Positions 38,676 through 52,610 of a stretch of 64,000 bases of DNA are shown here, one piece after another. Position numbers and translations under genes: made by a program. This DNA is from Octopus bimaculoides (lineage: Eukaryota), in assembly GCF_001194135.2 (NCBI RefSeq), contig NC_068993.1, positions 2,370,824 through 2,434,823 of the forward strand. Direction: 5' to 3'. Each line of letters opens with the position of its first letter. Positions within the stretch are counted from its first letter, which is position 1. The notes beneath the pieces are model-generated. The model was not told the DNA's origin. It searched no databases and worked only from the letters and a program-made list of their open reading frames with translations.

Positions 38676-39754
38676 CCCAAACAAGTTAATTCCCTATATA
38701 ACTGATTTATATCTGCGTGTCCTATCATTCATCACTTCTGTATTCCATATCGCTTGAGCCATAAAGCTGTGAGAATATTTATACTGTGTATTTCACATTC
38801 TTTTCTATAATTCTTTGCATAATTTTTGAAATTTTGTAAAACAAAATAGACAAAGCACAGAAATAGAATGTTCCATAGTATCAACATGTCATAGGAATTT
38901 ACAACTTAATACCTGCAATTCTAAGTCAATGTCAAAAAACAGGAATTTCTAATTAAAATATGACAAAATATTTTCCAAATATTTGACACCTTGATGATCA
39001 ATTGAAGAATTATTTTTTTATGTCGTAAAGTTTGGCAGTTATTTTTGCAAATTTTTATCCTCGATTTCTGTCAGATAGATAGCAAAGTTTTAAACTAGAT
39101 ATAAAATAATATCCAATAAATTGTTTCTGTTATTATTTTCTCTAATATTTTATAATTTTCTACGGATATAGTTTTAGATTCATATGTAGAATTTTTAAAA
39201 TGTTGAAGAAACTCATATTTACATAAAAAAAAAAGTTGAAATATTTAAACAGATTTTTGCTTTTGAAGCCATTTTTTGTAAAGATTGATGACGCAAGAGG
39301 ATGAACATTACGATGAGCAGTTTAAAATATTTACATAATATATTGATTTGTTACAGAAACGAAATTTTTCAGACTTATAAAGCACAATGAAAGAGATTAT
39401 ATGGGAATAAACATGAATAATGCGCGTGAAATTGTTGCAACAATGTGTGAAAGATAGAACCGTGACATCTCACTAACAGCTTTACTTTGCTTGGGGGTAC
39501 GTATAATAAATAGATAATCATGTGATACATGGATTTTGGCGCCAAGTCAGAGAAAGAAGAAAGTGACACTTTCTTCTATATCTGGAGTTTGTCTCGTTGA
39601 CGTTTCAATTGTATACATTCTGATGACTTAGAGGAATTTTGACTGCAAATTCTAAAAGTGAGCTGTAGTTGCCGGTGTTTCGGTTATGGAATCTCTTTTG
39701 TAACGTATGAATATTGTAACGTAACAGTTGATTCTGGTATTTCGATGTTCTCAT

Positions 39755-39975
39755 TCTCTCATTCAGAGAGAGCAATATAGATTTGAGTTCCCCGTGGCAT
39801 TATGATGAGTTTTCTTTATTTTCTTTCTTGATTAACCCAAGTTTGTAATGGCTGCGTTTCTATCAATCAGGCACGTGAAACTATTTCAGTTAAGTCTTAT
39901 ACTTGATGCTTAACCCGAGGTCTCTGATGATCAATCCGTTATGATCGAAACTGTTCCATTAGTAACATGCCTTCT
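39755..39975 (+). mobile_element. Penelope-like element 3' end with pLTR remnant
   Basis: LIQREQY...VPRGI(N)DEFSLFSFL with a frameshift resembles the PLE endonuclease terminus (RE..WI..L.TL.P.GLN.EF...FL). A hammerhead-like motif lies about 95 nt downstream. Confidence 0.55.
39917..39973 (+). ncRNA. Hammerhead ribozyme-like motif (type I topology, imperfect)
   Basis: CTGATGA 39924-39930, hairpin GATCA/TGATC, GAAAC 39947-39951, ACT/AGT stem III and GTA triplet 39962-39964. The stem I and stem II junctions are non-canonical. Confidence 0.45.
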
Positions 39976-40888
39976 CTATTTCTAACAATGTATCTTTCTA
40001 CTTCTTCGTTTTACCAATGCATCCTTGCTTTTAATGCCACTGTAGAATGCGACTGAACAACGACTCTTTGGTTACCATTTTTTTTAGCAGATTGAGTGAT
40101 AGCAAAGAGGTTTTTTCGACATTTTACCGACTTAAGTTGGTTGTTAAAATACATGAAGCGTTCATCGAGTGTATACATATATTCAATGATGCTTTAAGAC
40201 GTGTACTATGTAAAAGGTAGATTTTCTCTTTTATACAACTTATTTGCAACCTTACATAATATCGCTAGGCTCTCTACCGCTCTGCTATAGATTCTACACA
40301 GACTAACTTTCTTTCTATGTTGACATGCAGAATATTGACAGCTATGAAAAATTCATTTTTCAATAGCCGCTTATAGTTCCCAAAGCGCAATTCAAGGTTC
40401 CATGTTCTTCTTTTCCTTCATAAAAGAAAAACATCGATTTGCATTTTATTGGCTCAAATATCATCCTGCAGTCATCTACCTAGCTTTCATCCAGACATTG
40501 TATCTGTTTAAACCGGTTGCAGCTGCAAAGTCACTTTAACCTGCATATCTTATTGATGCGAATATCACAAAGTCATCGGTGTGCAGTTACACATCAGTTC
40601 CGGAATCATTGGAAATATCATCAATTAAAACGCGTAAAAGAACACACACAAACACAAAGAATCACACAGACACATGCGCAAATGAACAGATACACACATA
40701 CGAAGACACGCTTATGTCCATAGACACTATAAACATATTTGAAGTTAAGAAATTCAACATGTTATGTCTTCAATATTCTCAATACTTTCTTTGCATGTTA
40801 CATGTAGGTGAGTGAGCACATGGCCATAGTGGCTTGCTCAACTTGAACCGTAAATATATCGTAATGTACATATACACTCACATGAACA

Positions 40889-40974
<86 letters not shown>

Positions 40975-41437
40975 AATATATAAGTGTACATATATATACA
41001 CACATATAAATATACACGCATATATACATACATACGTATATATATATGTGTGTGTGTGTGAGAGAGAGAGTGTGTGCATGGATATATATATACATATATA
41101 TATATGTATATACGTATACACACATATACGTATACATACGTATATATGCTTATATATATTCATGTACATTCACACATGCAGATGTATACATACAAATCTT
41201 TGGGTGCGCGCGCGCGCGTATCTGCGCGTGCACAGTGTGTGTATGCTTATATTTGTATGTAATCGTTCATAGCTGGCGATTTATTCCGAAACTACTGTAA
41301 TGAACCAACAGCTTCCAGTGAATTGATAAACTCAACCAAATGTATTCAACACGTTTTCTCCTGCATGTATGTAGACACACACATATATATGTACACACAC
41401 TCACACATACTCACACATACACACAAACACACACACT

Positions 41438-41495
<58 letters not shown>

Positions 41496-42829
41496 ACAGT
41501 TTGCATGGAAATTGTGTACATTATGTGTTTCAATGTAGTAGGGATAATGCATTGAAATGTTTAACATTTTATAGCCTCTAAATTGTAAATATTGGCTGAA
41601 TATCAACAAAAGTGGTCTTTGATATACCTATAAAGCAATCATAATATATACAACATCTTGTTCATCTTCGAATAATAATAAAAAAATACATTTTTGATAG
41701 ATCAATACAAAGGTATATATTTATGTAGACAGTCGGTATGTATTTAATATACATNNNNNNNNNNNNNNNNNNNNNNNNNNNNNNNNNNNNNNNNNNNNNN
41801 NNNNNNNNNNNNNNNNNNNNNNNNNNNNNNNNNNNNNNNNNNNNNNNNNNNNNNNNNNNNNNNNNNNNNNNNNNNNNNNNNNNNNNNNNNNNNNNNNNNN
41901 NNNNNNNNNNNNNNNNNNNNNNNNNNNNNNNNNNNNNNNNNNNNNNNNNNNNNNNNNNNNNNNNNNNNNNNNNNNNNNNNNNNNNNNNNNNNNNNNNNNN
42001 NNNNNNNNNNNNNNNNNNNNNNNNNNNNNNNNNNNNNNNNNNNNNNNNNNNNNNNNNNNNNNNNNNNNNNNNNNNNNNNNNNNNNNNNNNNNNNNNNNNN
42101 NNNNNNNNNNNNNNNNNNNNNNNNNNNNNNNNNNNNNNNNNNNNNNNNNNNNNNNNNNNNNNNNNNNNNNNNNNNNNNNNNNNNNNNNNNNNNNNNNNNN
42201 NNNNNNNNNNNNNNNNNNNNNNNNNNNNNNNNNNNNNNNNNNNNNNNNNNNNNNNNNNNNNNNNNNNNNNNNNNNNNNNNNNNNNNNNNNNNNNNNNNNN
42301 NNNNNNNNNNNNNNNNNNNNNNNNNNNNNNNNNNNNNNNNNNNNNNNNNNNNNNNNNNNNNNNNNNNNNNNNNNNNNNNNNNNNNNNNNNNNNNNNNNNN
42401 NNNNNNNNNNNNNNNNNNNNNNNNNNTATATATATATATATATATATTAAAATTAAATCTAATATTAGAAGTATGTGTGCGTGTGTACGTGGGTGCGTGT
42501 GTGTGTACGTGTTATATTATACATATATATTTTATATATACTTATACATACAAGCGTACATGTAACAGGCCAGGCATGGCTGTTTGGATCAGACAGAAAA
42601 ATATGTGCCGTTATAAAGGTGAGCCATCCTTCGCATTGAATATCAGAAAATAAGAAGATAATAATAGACAATTGTTTCGAAAACTTCAGCTTCTATACCT
42701 ACATTGTAAATTCACATTTAGAATAAACCAATAACAATTGTTGCACTTGCTTTTGTGAGTAAATACCTAACTGATAATCTCGAAGAGAAATGAACGAGGT
42801 AACACGTCTATTACACATACAATGTCTAA

Positions 42830-42935
42830 TTGGGCAATAAAAAGAGGCAAGACATCTTCTCGAATGACTACGCCGTATGCCGTTGGTTGTGTTGCCAATG
42901 AACGAACTCTGTATCATTGTTTCAAACCAGGTGCT
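42830..42935 (+). mobile_element. Possible mariner transposase N-terminal remnant
   Basis: IKRGKTSS...GCVANERTLYHCFKPGAF weakly resembles the mariner HTH (FK.GK.A.E...VSERT..RWF..F..GDF). Confidence 0.3.
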
Positions 42936-43132
42936 TTCTGACATAAATTCTTCAAATTATTAAAAACGTAAGAGTATATATATATATATATATAAAAAAA
43001 TCACGTAGTGCAATCAAAATCGAAATCTGATGAAGGAAGTGAACTCCAATGCAGTAAATTTGTACATTCATGAGTACACTTGAAGCCTTATATTGCTACG
43101 TGGCTTTTGTTGTATCCCTTCANNNNNNNNNN

Positions 43133-43175
<43 letters not shown>

Positions 43176-43724
43176 ATAAAAAAATCACGTAGTGCAATCA
43201 AAATCGAAATCTGATGAAGGAAGTGAACTCCAATGCAGTAAATTTGTACATTCATGAGTACACTTGAAGCCTTATATTGCTACGTGGCTTTTGTTGTATC
43301 CCTTCACAGCCTGGTGAATGAATTGGATGGAAATATTACACAACGAGTTTGGTGCCTCTCTTTATCTAAATCTTGCTATTTGCCTATACTGCCTGCTGAT
43401 GTGATTGCGTAGAATAACAAGACAGTTTTTTTTTGGTTGAAGCAAATAACACATTGAAATTATAGATTCGCATAGAAACACTGTAGTAAGTTAAAAATCA
43501 TCACTTGTATTTGTATTACATTAATACTTGTTAAACCTGTTGTCTAAGGCAGCAAATAAATCATGGAGTCACTTTGCGTCTACTTCGAAAATATTAATGA
43601 GAAGTAACTGACTGCTACATGATATGCGCTTTTTGTTTTCTTTTTTTAACCAAAAGACAAGTACTTTTGCCAGACAATCTGCATCTCAATGTTACACAGT
43701 GTGACCTAATTATTATCACCTCCT

Positions 43725-43795
<71 letters not shown>

Positions 43796-45107
43796 AGAGA
43801 GGGAGAGTGAAGTGAGACTCATTGAACGAGAAAAGAAAATACAGCGACATAACAAACAAGTAATGAATTTGTAACAAATTGAATAACGTACTTGTGATTT
43901 AGAAACCCTCATAAACTTATAAACTTCATCGTTCAACAGAAAACATAAAATGATACACATTTATATTTGAAGACAAGAAGTAATTCTGGAAGAGATGAAG
44001 TAAAATATAATGTGATGCATTTATTTTCTGAGACAATGAGAATATACGGTGAAATAATTGTAAAAAGCAACTTAAGTATAAATTGATAAATGGGTGGTCA
44101 TCTCAAGAGATTCCTGGTATTTCAGAAGAAGGCACTTAACAACGAACACAAGTTATTTCTACATCAATAATCACGACATTAAGTTTTCATATGCTGCATT
44201 TACATACAAAACAAGATTGGCATTTTTGGACACTTTTGTCTGCTTAACTGAACCAAAATAGCTATCAACTCAATAGGAAGGCCTAGACATGAATAGCACA
44301 AGTATTACAACTGTATGTCAAAATTTACTCCATATATATACATACATGTATGTGTGTGTGTACAATGACAAAGAAAAAATAAACACACATACAAATAGAC
44401 GCCTGTAAGCATAGAATCATTAGTATGAACATAAACGAACAAATATACATGTGTGTGTGTGTGTGTGTGTACGCGCGCGTGTGCGTGCGTGTGTGTGCTG
44501 TGTCTGCGTCTACGCATTGTATTTCTCTTCCGCTAAAATGTACTTAATTTTAAAATAAAAATAATTAACAAAAAAAGATAAAAGTTGTATTCAGACTGTG
44601 ACAATTTAACATTTGCCACTCCATTTAGAAAATTGCTTCGTACCACGTTTTCTTATTTGTAAGTTATCCTCAAAATGAAGATATTTGTTTTGGTTATTAC
44701 TTTTATATTTATATTCAGTCTGTGTCGATATTCTTGTTACTTTAATTAGCTTTCCTTATGAAGAATCTATCGAGTAAATATTATTCTTTCTTAAAAAAAA
44801 CAAAACAAAGCTCTATGCCGGTGAAATCAATGCGCTGGACTGCCCTCTACATGACCATAATTGAAAAGTTATGGCTATAGATATTGCGTATGGTTCATAG
44901 GGGTAATCCAGATTTCTCAGCCGCTATTAAAACTTCCTGATCGATAACAGCATCTTAAATATCATAGATTGTTAGCAGAACCAAGTACAGCTGACATAAG
45001 ATTTTCAGAACCTTTGAGATTGATGGAAGGAATGAAGGAAAGAAGTTTTTTTTAGGCTGAGTAGTGGGACGGGGTATTAAATCAAGGAAAGAATGAATTT
45101 TACTGTC

Positions 45108-45290
45108 TTTCGTCTGTCTTCGTGTTCTGAGTTCAAATACCGCCGAGGTCAACTTTGCCTTTCATCATTTCGGGGTCGATCAAATAAGTACCAGCTGCGC
45201 ACTGGGGTCGATGTAAGTGATTTAATTCCTTTGTCTGTCCTTGTTTGTCACCTTTATGTTTAGCCCCCTGTGGGCAATAAGGAAATAATT
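45108..45290 (+). mobile_element. 5'-truncated SINE family A
   Basis: GTTCTGAGTTCAAATACCGCCGAGGTCAACTTTGCCTTTCATC...TTGTCTGTCCTTGTTTGTCACC...GTGGGCAATAA has the same tail as the 29866 copy. Confidence 0.85.
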
Positions 45291-45355
45291 TTTATAGGCA
45301 CATGTACCGTTAAAGTAATACTCAAGACGAATCAGTGAGATACGGTGTGATAAGA

Positions 45356-45402
<47 letters not shown>

Positions 45403-45481
45403 AAGAAAAAGAGAGAACAAATTTGGGAGAGAGAGAGAGAGAGTAAAAGAGAGAAAGAGAGAGAGAGAGAGAGTGAACTAC

Positions 45482-45607
45482 CTAGTGCTGAACCAGTGAT
45501 TTATTTATTGATTGTGACTGGATGAGAGGCAAAGTTGTTGAGGACCGTATTTGAAAAGAGCGCAAAGAGCTCATCCGACGCTCGAACGAGCCTGCCAGTT
45601 CGCCATC
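45482..45607 (-). mobile_element. Decayed SINE family A copy
   Basis: The reverse complement GATGGCGAACTGGCAGGCTCGTT...TTCAAATAC...AACTTTGCCTCTCATCC shares head and body motifs with the other copies. Confidence 0.65.
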
Positions 45608-48600
45608 TTAGTTACGTCTGTCAGCCGAAACCAAAGCACAGGGATATTATAAATAATGTAATTGGGTCAGCTAAACAGAATGGTTGACTTGAGATACAAC
45701 TGTTTATCACGTTTTGAAGCTGGCTGGTTTAGACTCTTTCGTCCCGGTCGACTGAATTAAATTTTATTAAATAGAAATATTAATTTGAACAGAATATTCA
45801 ATGTTGATATTATGTCAGTGGTATTTAAATGAAAATACTTTCGTCAAAATGATGATGATGATGATGATGATGATGTCAGTAGCGGTGATAACAATGACGG
45901 ATAATAGTGGTTATCTTGTGATAGTGACGGTTGTTCGTGGTGACTACGACGAAGACGATCATAATGATGGTATAGCGATGATGATGATGGTTATAAAAAT
46001 GATAGTGCGCGTGATGACGAACATGATATTCTTAACAAGATATTACAATATCCACACGATATGATGGACAGGAATATTAAGAAGACGCTGATGTTGTTGA
46101 AGAACGTTATTCTGTTTTGGCTGCGGATGACGATGATGATAACGATGGCGGTGATGACGATGACGTTAACGATAACAATGATGGCAATAAACTATAAGTC
46201 ACAGGGTTATGATGATGATGATGATGATACTATTAATCATAATAACGATTTCTTTTATTTGCCACCAAATACCAATAAATTTATATTACTACCCACATGG
46301 TGATATGAGAAAATCTAACTAAAGCCATTGCATAAAATTGTCCCTAAAACATAATAAAATTCTATCCTCATTGGATACCATGAAGATTCAGTAACCCGAG
46401 ATGACTTAGCTCTTAGCTCTTCCCCCCCTCACCATATAGGTCACTCTTTCCTGTTCTCCCCCTCTCGTAATTTATCGATCTTATTACGCCTTAGCTGCGC
46501 CTTCTTATAAGTTTATTTCACATCCTCTCCAACTCCTCTTTCGCTCTTTCTTGCTACACAAATAAAATACATACATACACTTAAAAACATATACACACAC
46601 ATATATATACACACACACACATAGACATACACGCACGCTTACACACTCACACGCGTATACATTCACATATCTTTCATTAAAATCTGTCTCTGAGAAGAAA
46701 CCACATCATTTCACTTTCTCCAACTTATTTTCTGCTATTTTGTCCATGAAAAATGGTGATTGGATAAAGGCAGCAAGAACCAGCTTAACTCCAAATAACG
46801 AGAATTCAGAAATATAATATTTTGTATTTTAAGTTACCCCAAATGAAACACACAGCAATGTTTTGAGAACACAAATGAGAACAGCTTTTGCATTTAAAAC
46901 AAATTTGCACCAAAATCAAACGAATACCGTCGAATATTTCAAAAACTTTGACTATTATGTAATTATCAAACACAGTGTTTTATTATCGAACACCAATTGG
47001 TAATAAGTGGAATGCATAAGATGTGGAATGGTAGAAATGCTGGGGAATTTAGTTATATAGAACGAATGTGCATTAGCATTGATTATTGATTGGTGAAATG
47101 AAATGTGTATTATGGAATTGGATGATCGTTGTGGTTGTGAAATAGGAATTTGTGATTGATCATGATTAATTATTGTTATTAGTGCAATGACTGAGAAATA
47201 ATAATTATACAAATGTAACAGCTCTCTACTTTTGTTAAAGTACATTAGCCTTTTGTTTAGTATAATCTCAACTTGTCAGCATTGCCTGCTTACCAACACA
47301 TAGTACTGTACCATACCATGCATCATGGATAATTGTATTAGTCTAACAGTTCAGCTTTGAAACTTGTTTCGGGTATTACTTTGAATATTTGAACAGCAGT
47401 ACACAGTTAATTGAGCACGTTTCCATTCACTGATATATTTGTAAAGTGTGTCATAGGTGGCCAAATAAAAAAACTTATCCGTCTACATCTTAACATCATC
47501 AACCAACGAAAATTACTCTATCCATAGAGTAATACACATTATATAAGGTATTGAGGTGCCTTGCAACGATTTGTCGGCTCATATTCCATTTCGTTAGTTC
47601 GTTTCTGGATACATCAGTCAACGTAAGTATTGCGTTGTGGAAAAGCGTTGATCTCAATGTATTTGGACCGTAATCTGTAGTGGACTGGATTCGTTCTACA
47701 GCGTGTCACTGACACCATTTGGTGTTTGAGCGCATTTGAAAGAAACCATTTCGTAACAAGCTTTCGGAGCCGGGTTACGTGTCAAGTAAAACTTCCTCTG
47801 TTTCACCTGCTAGACACGGAAGTCCTTTCAAGTGAATATGGGCGCTGCCATTACAGCTTTAATTAAAAATTAAAGTAATGAAACCATGCAGAGATACCGT
47901 GCTTGTCTAGTTAATAATTTTAAAATCATGTTTAAATATTGGTATCATTCATCGTCAAGAAAATATTGCAACTTTTGATAAATGTATTAGGATTACTCAT
48001 TAAATGGTTTAAGACAGATAGCAATTATTACTAACCGTTTCAGTTATGAAGATATGATGACGTAAACACTCGATGTTATACCTGTCGAATGAACTTCATG
48101 TATCAGATTCTTAATGTCAATTCATATGAGGAAACTCAGAATATTTTTCATGGAAATACGATACCACGGTGTGTAGATTTAGTGGCTAAAACCATTTAAA
48201 GAATAACTGATCCATCTCTCCATCTATTCCTCCATCAGAAACTCTACCAATAGTTTCCAAATGACTCGATACGAAGCTCAATTCTTTTAAATACTTAATT
48301 TCATTATTGGACTTCTGCGGACATGATAAAATTAAAGAGCAATTATAAAAGAAATACAGAATAATTACATACCATCACCAAATTGCAACATTTTTTAATA
48401 TTATTCTCATATTAAGGAATTTATAAAATATTCCCAAACAGAAAATTTGCTGAAAATCGCTCCATGTAATACAAGTAGAAGCAACTTTCATAATTTAAAC
48501 ATGCTAATATCAAACTTTTTTTTGTGTGAATCAAGAGCATAAATTTGCTAATAATATTTTTATATTACATAAATAGAAATATAATGTTTTATCATTTGCA

Positions 48601-50491
48601 AATTCTGAAATTGGTATTGCCATCTAAAATTGAAAAATTTCTAACACCATTGTAAATTGGGAAAGTTCTCTTACCATTTCTAATGGGTAATGTATGAAAT
48701 ATTGCATAAATTTCCTTTAAACCAATTAATATGCAGTAGTTGCACCTAAATATTGCATCCATTTTTGAATAAATAAACAATAAAGTGAATCAAATAAATA
48801 CAGAAAATAAGAGAAAAAATACACATTCTATCAGTTTCTGCATATTTCATTTCATTAGAAGCAGGAATTGGGGAAGTTGATGTTGGTAATAATAACATTT
48901 CCATGGAGGTTTTCTCTTCTGTGTACGTGTATGAGATTTTTTTTCTTTTCCATAATATATTTTTTAATATGTTCCTTTACATATTTTTTCCAGTTTGCTA
49001 CGTAGGAGAAATGTTCACTGATAAATCATAATTAAAATGTATCACTTAAAAAAGAAATTGATCATTGTAATGGTTCAGTGAATTTTCTGACATTTTGATG
49101 TTTTGAGAGTATTTAAACTTAAATCGCTGGCCAAGCTGAAAATATTTCGACATCCCTTAAAAATAGAAACAAATCGCAAATGCAAAATGAAAAAAAAAAA
49201 AAATAACGAGAAAAATTGGAAGAAAAATATTAGCAAATAAAAGGAAAAAATAAGAAAGGGTATTGGAATCCCATAATAGAATGATGAGTAGAAGCCAGTG
49301 AATAAATTATATTGCAATGCTTTGGCCTTACAATAAATAAAATCTAATGAAAAACTATTGAATATTTTTTTTTCAAAATTTCTCTTCATACATCATAGCA
49401 GAGTGGTGTTAATAAAACTGCTGCAAAATTGAAAATCTGTTTCTGAGATACATTAAATGAAATTATGATTGGTTTCTTTTAAAATATGAAGCAAAGCTAT
49501 TTAAACTACTAAAAAGTGACGTGAAAATAGTTCCTGCAGATTTAAATAGACAAGCTGATTTCTACTTCATGTTAAATGTAATTCTTTTTGCCTACATTGC
49601 TAATGCTATTTACAGCGATATGGACATCACTTATTAATTTCACGATTCCTTCTCTACAGATGATGGCTTTGCACCAAAGTCAAAAATCATTTTCGTGTAG
49701 TTTTATGATGTGAAATGTTATTTCAAATGGTTTAATTTCCACAATAAAGGAAATATTTATTTGAAGGTAGCAATCGTGTGATCTTGATCGAGAGATAAAT
49801 TTGTGCAAATCATTCTTGGGGCTACATTTTCAGCATTCATATCTCTTGCGTTTATTACCTCTCTATTATATGTATTGCAATATTAAATTTCTAAATAGTA
49901 ATAAACATGTATATGTCTATTATATGTATTTATGTGTGCTCTATAGAATATGTTATGTTATATGAAAGTTTTTTTTTTTCATATATTGTAAAAGATCTTT
50001 TCAGTTTTTGACATGCAACACTAAAGTGCAGAAAAATTCCTAAATGCCTCAACTAGATGGTTCTGTAATGTAGATGCATGATCAACCAACGAGAGAATCG
50101 TAATTTTGTCTCCAGTGAAACAGTTATATGAAAGTACATAACTTTCATAAAAATTTATGAATTCTAGGTTTAATTGTTTTTAAATATTATATTCGTTGTT
50201 TGAAGTAAATTTTGTTGTTTACTGGTTCGTGATTTCATATCGCTGAGGAGATTTTTCATTCTGGCGTTATTGTAACATATATGAGTTTGTATTTAGGTGT
50301 GAAGCATGATGCCTTCTTTTATGAGTTTTATAATATATACATTCATCTTGAAAGTAAGTTTATCGCCCTATACAATGTGAGCTTTGTGTATTTTAATAAA
50401 TGCTGCATCTGTTGCGAGTGTGGATTTTTATCTTTCATGGTTCTATGACCGGCTCTACTTAGCTATTAGAGAATTCATTATCAACTAATAC

Positions 50492-50625
50492 ACGGTTTTA
50501 CGTTCTGAGTCCAAATGCTACCGAGAACGACGTTGTCTTTCACTCTTTTGAGTTGAGTAAATAAATAAGAGCTCAGCGCTGGGGGTGGGGGTCGATGTAG
50601 TTGACCAGCCCCTACCCACAGAAAG
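50492..50625 (+). mobile_element. Decayed SINE family A fragment
   Basis: TTTACGTTCTGAGTCCAAAT...TCTTTCAC...GGGGTCGATGTAG...CCCCTACCC is colinear with the family body. Confidence 0.55.
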
Positions 50626-51959
50626 AATTGTTAACTAAAACTTTCTACACGTAAGATTTCTTTGTTTAAAGATTCTTTGCAAGATAAAAATATAACATCT
50701 CGCTTAAAGAGAAATATTACTTCAAATATTTTTCATCTTTGAAGACATAATCACCTTTCATTACACACCATTTGATTCAGTTGTTGATGTATCGTGAGGC
50801 TGTATGTGTTTAAATCGGTGAAAAAGAGTAAAGTAAGTTCTCTCTACTGTTTTTATCGATTTTACTACATAATATGTCTTGATGAAATAAGGTGAAAATC
50901 ATAAATGATCAAACAGACTGTTTGGAGTCCGATCACTTATGTGTTATTCCTTATTTCTATATTTATATCGAAGAATGACATGGCGTTATGGTTAGAATTT
51001 ACATTCGAACTATATTGGATCATAAATGTAAGTTTATAATTATTTTCAAGATTGTCTGGCAGGCTGTTTGCCATATCTGTTGCAAACGATATTCTACTAT
51101 GGAATCAGTGTAGGCAGTGTAATCATATTAATTCATTCAATTTCAATTTTCAGTAAGCTGTGTTAACTTAATGTTGATGAATTTTGCGTTATTCTGAGAA
51201 AAGGTACTAATTACTATAATAATTAACAAAGACGAAGGTGGTGTTATTGCTTTTATGAATTACAACTTTTTCATGATAGTTCAGTCCTTGTAGACATGAC
51301 CCGATGTTCTTGCTAAATAAGTTATTTCATGTTTTCTTCGATGTTTATCGCTTTCAAATTTCAATAAGTTGCACAATTTACCATCAGTTTTTTATAATAC
51401 ATTTATCATCAACAGCCTCAAGGGACTGACAGAGAATGTCAAGTCCGACTTTTATTTTTATATATATTTACCATATTTAGGATTGTAGCCGAGATAAGTA
51501 ATGTAATTTGACATCAGTGTGCGCAGTGAGAAGTTAAAGCAGAATTTGTCATATGCTAGAATACTGCAAAGATTCTGTATATTATAGCACTTTATTTGGA
51601 TGGAGAGCAATTCAATATACTCCAGCATCAATTCTGAAAGAACACCAACTCATTCTTAGTTATAAATGTAAGAATAGAATATAACATGCATGGTGTTTCT
51701 GTATACACAAAATCACAAATAAATGCTTATATATATTCATGGTACCTCATATATACAAGACATTCTGAATGCTATTCTGAGAGAGGCTTTTAAATTTTCG
51801 TCTATTACAAATTCAGATAGAGTGTTTTGCGTGTCTAGTCAGTGATAGGTGGTAATTTATACATTCTCACACACAACATTCTCACATGCTTGCGCACCTT
51901 AGATCGTTGGGATAACTAATTATCATCTCCATGTCATTCAGTGTCTTTTTATTATTATC

Positions 51960-52190
51960 TCCCTTTCATTCAACCTTTTTTCCCAATCATCTCGCCATGC
52001 TGGACCGCTGAACTCTACTCAGCTTTTCTTCCTCCGTTTTTTTTTCAATCTCTCTTCTTTTTCCCCATTTATTCATTTCTATCCAAGAGCTGAGGCTCGA
52101 AACGTAAAAGTCTTTTCCATTTTTACCGCGCGTTAAATTAAGACACCTGCTTGTTGTTCCTACACCTGTCTTCGTCTTTTTTTTCTGTAA
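51960..52190 (+). mobile_element. Penelope-like pLTR/3' UTR with decayed minimal hammerhead
   Basis: A pyrimidine-rich tract is followed by GAGC-TGAG-GCTC hairpin, GAAAC and GTA (52087-52106). The downstream part is shared with 20330-20396. Confidence 0.6.
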
Positions 52191-52204
52191 ATTTGAACGG
52201 GTTC

Positions 52205-52430
52205 CCTCTGTGTGATCCCAACTGAACCTCCTACACTCTTGCACTTGCATCTTAACTGCTTATCCTCATCCACATACCAGCACTACACCCGGAATACCAC
52301 TGGATCTTCGTACTCTTGTGGATGTACTCATATCATTTCTTTGTTTTCTATTACCACTCTATATCCATATAACATTGTCTTCGGGAGGGACCATACATAT
52401 GTTGAGTTCTGCACCAGGTTATTAGTTATG
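52205..52430 (-). mobile_element. RTE-clade LINE internal fragment
   Basis: Minus strand SLPKTMLYG ... QVQECRRFSWDH resembles ..P.MLYGSETW ... VQERRLRWYGH. Confidence 0.5.
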
Positions 52431-52457
52431 CCTAAGTGAACTATTAAAATATAACTG

Positions 52458-52610
<153 letters not shown>

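Noticed and set aside
43027-43050. CTGATGAAGGAAG followed by a small hairpin (also near 62830)
   Set aside because: No GAAA after the stem, so it is not a hammerhead.
46710-46810. Minus-strand FSLFGVKLVLAAFIQSPFF...EKVK* membrane-protein-like end
   Set aside because: No usable acceptor, and there is an upstream in-frame stop.
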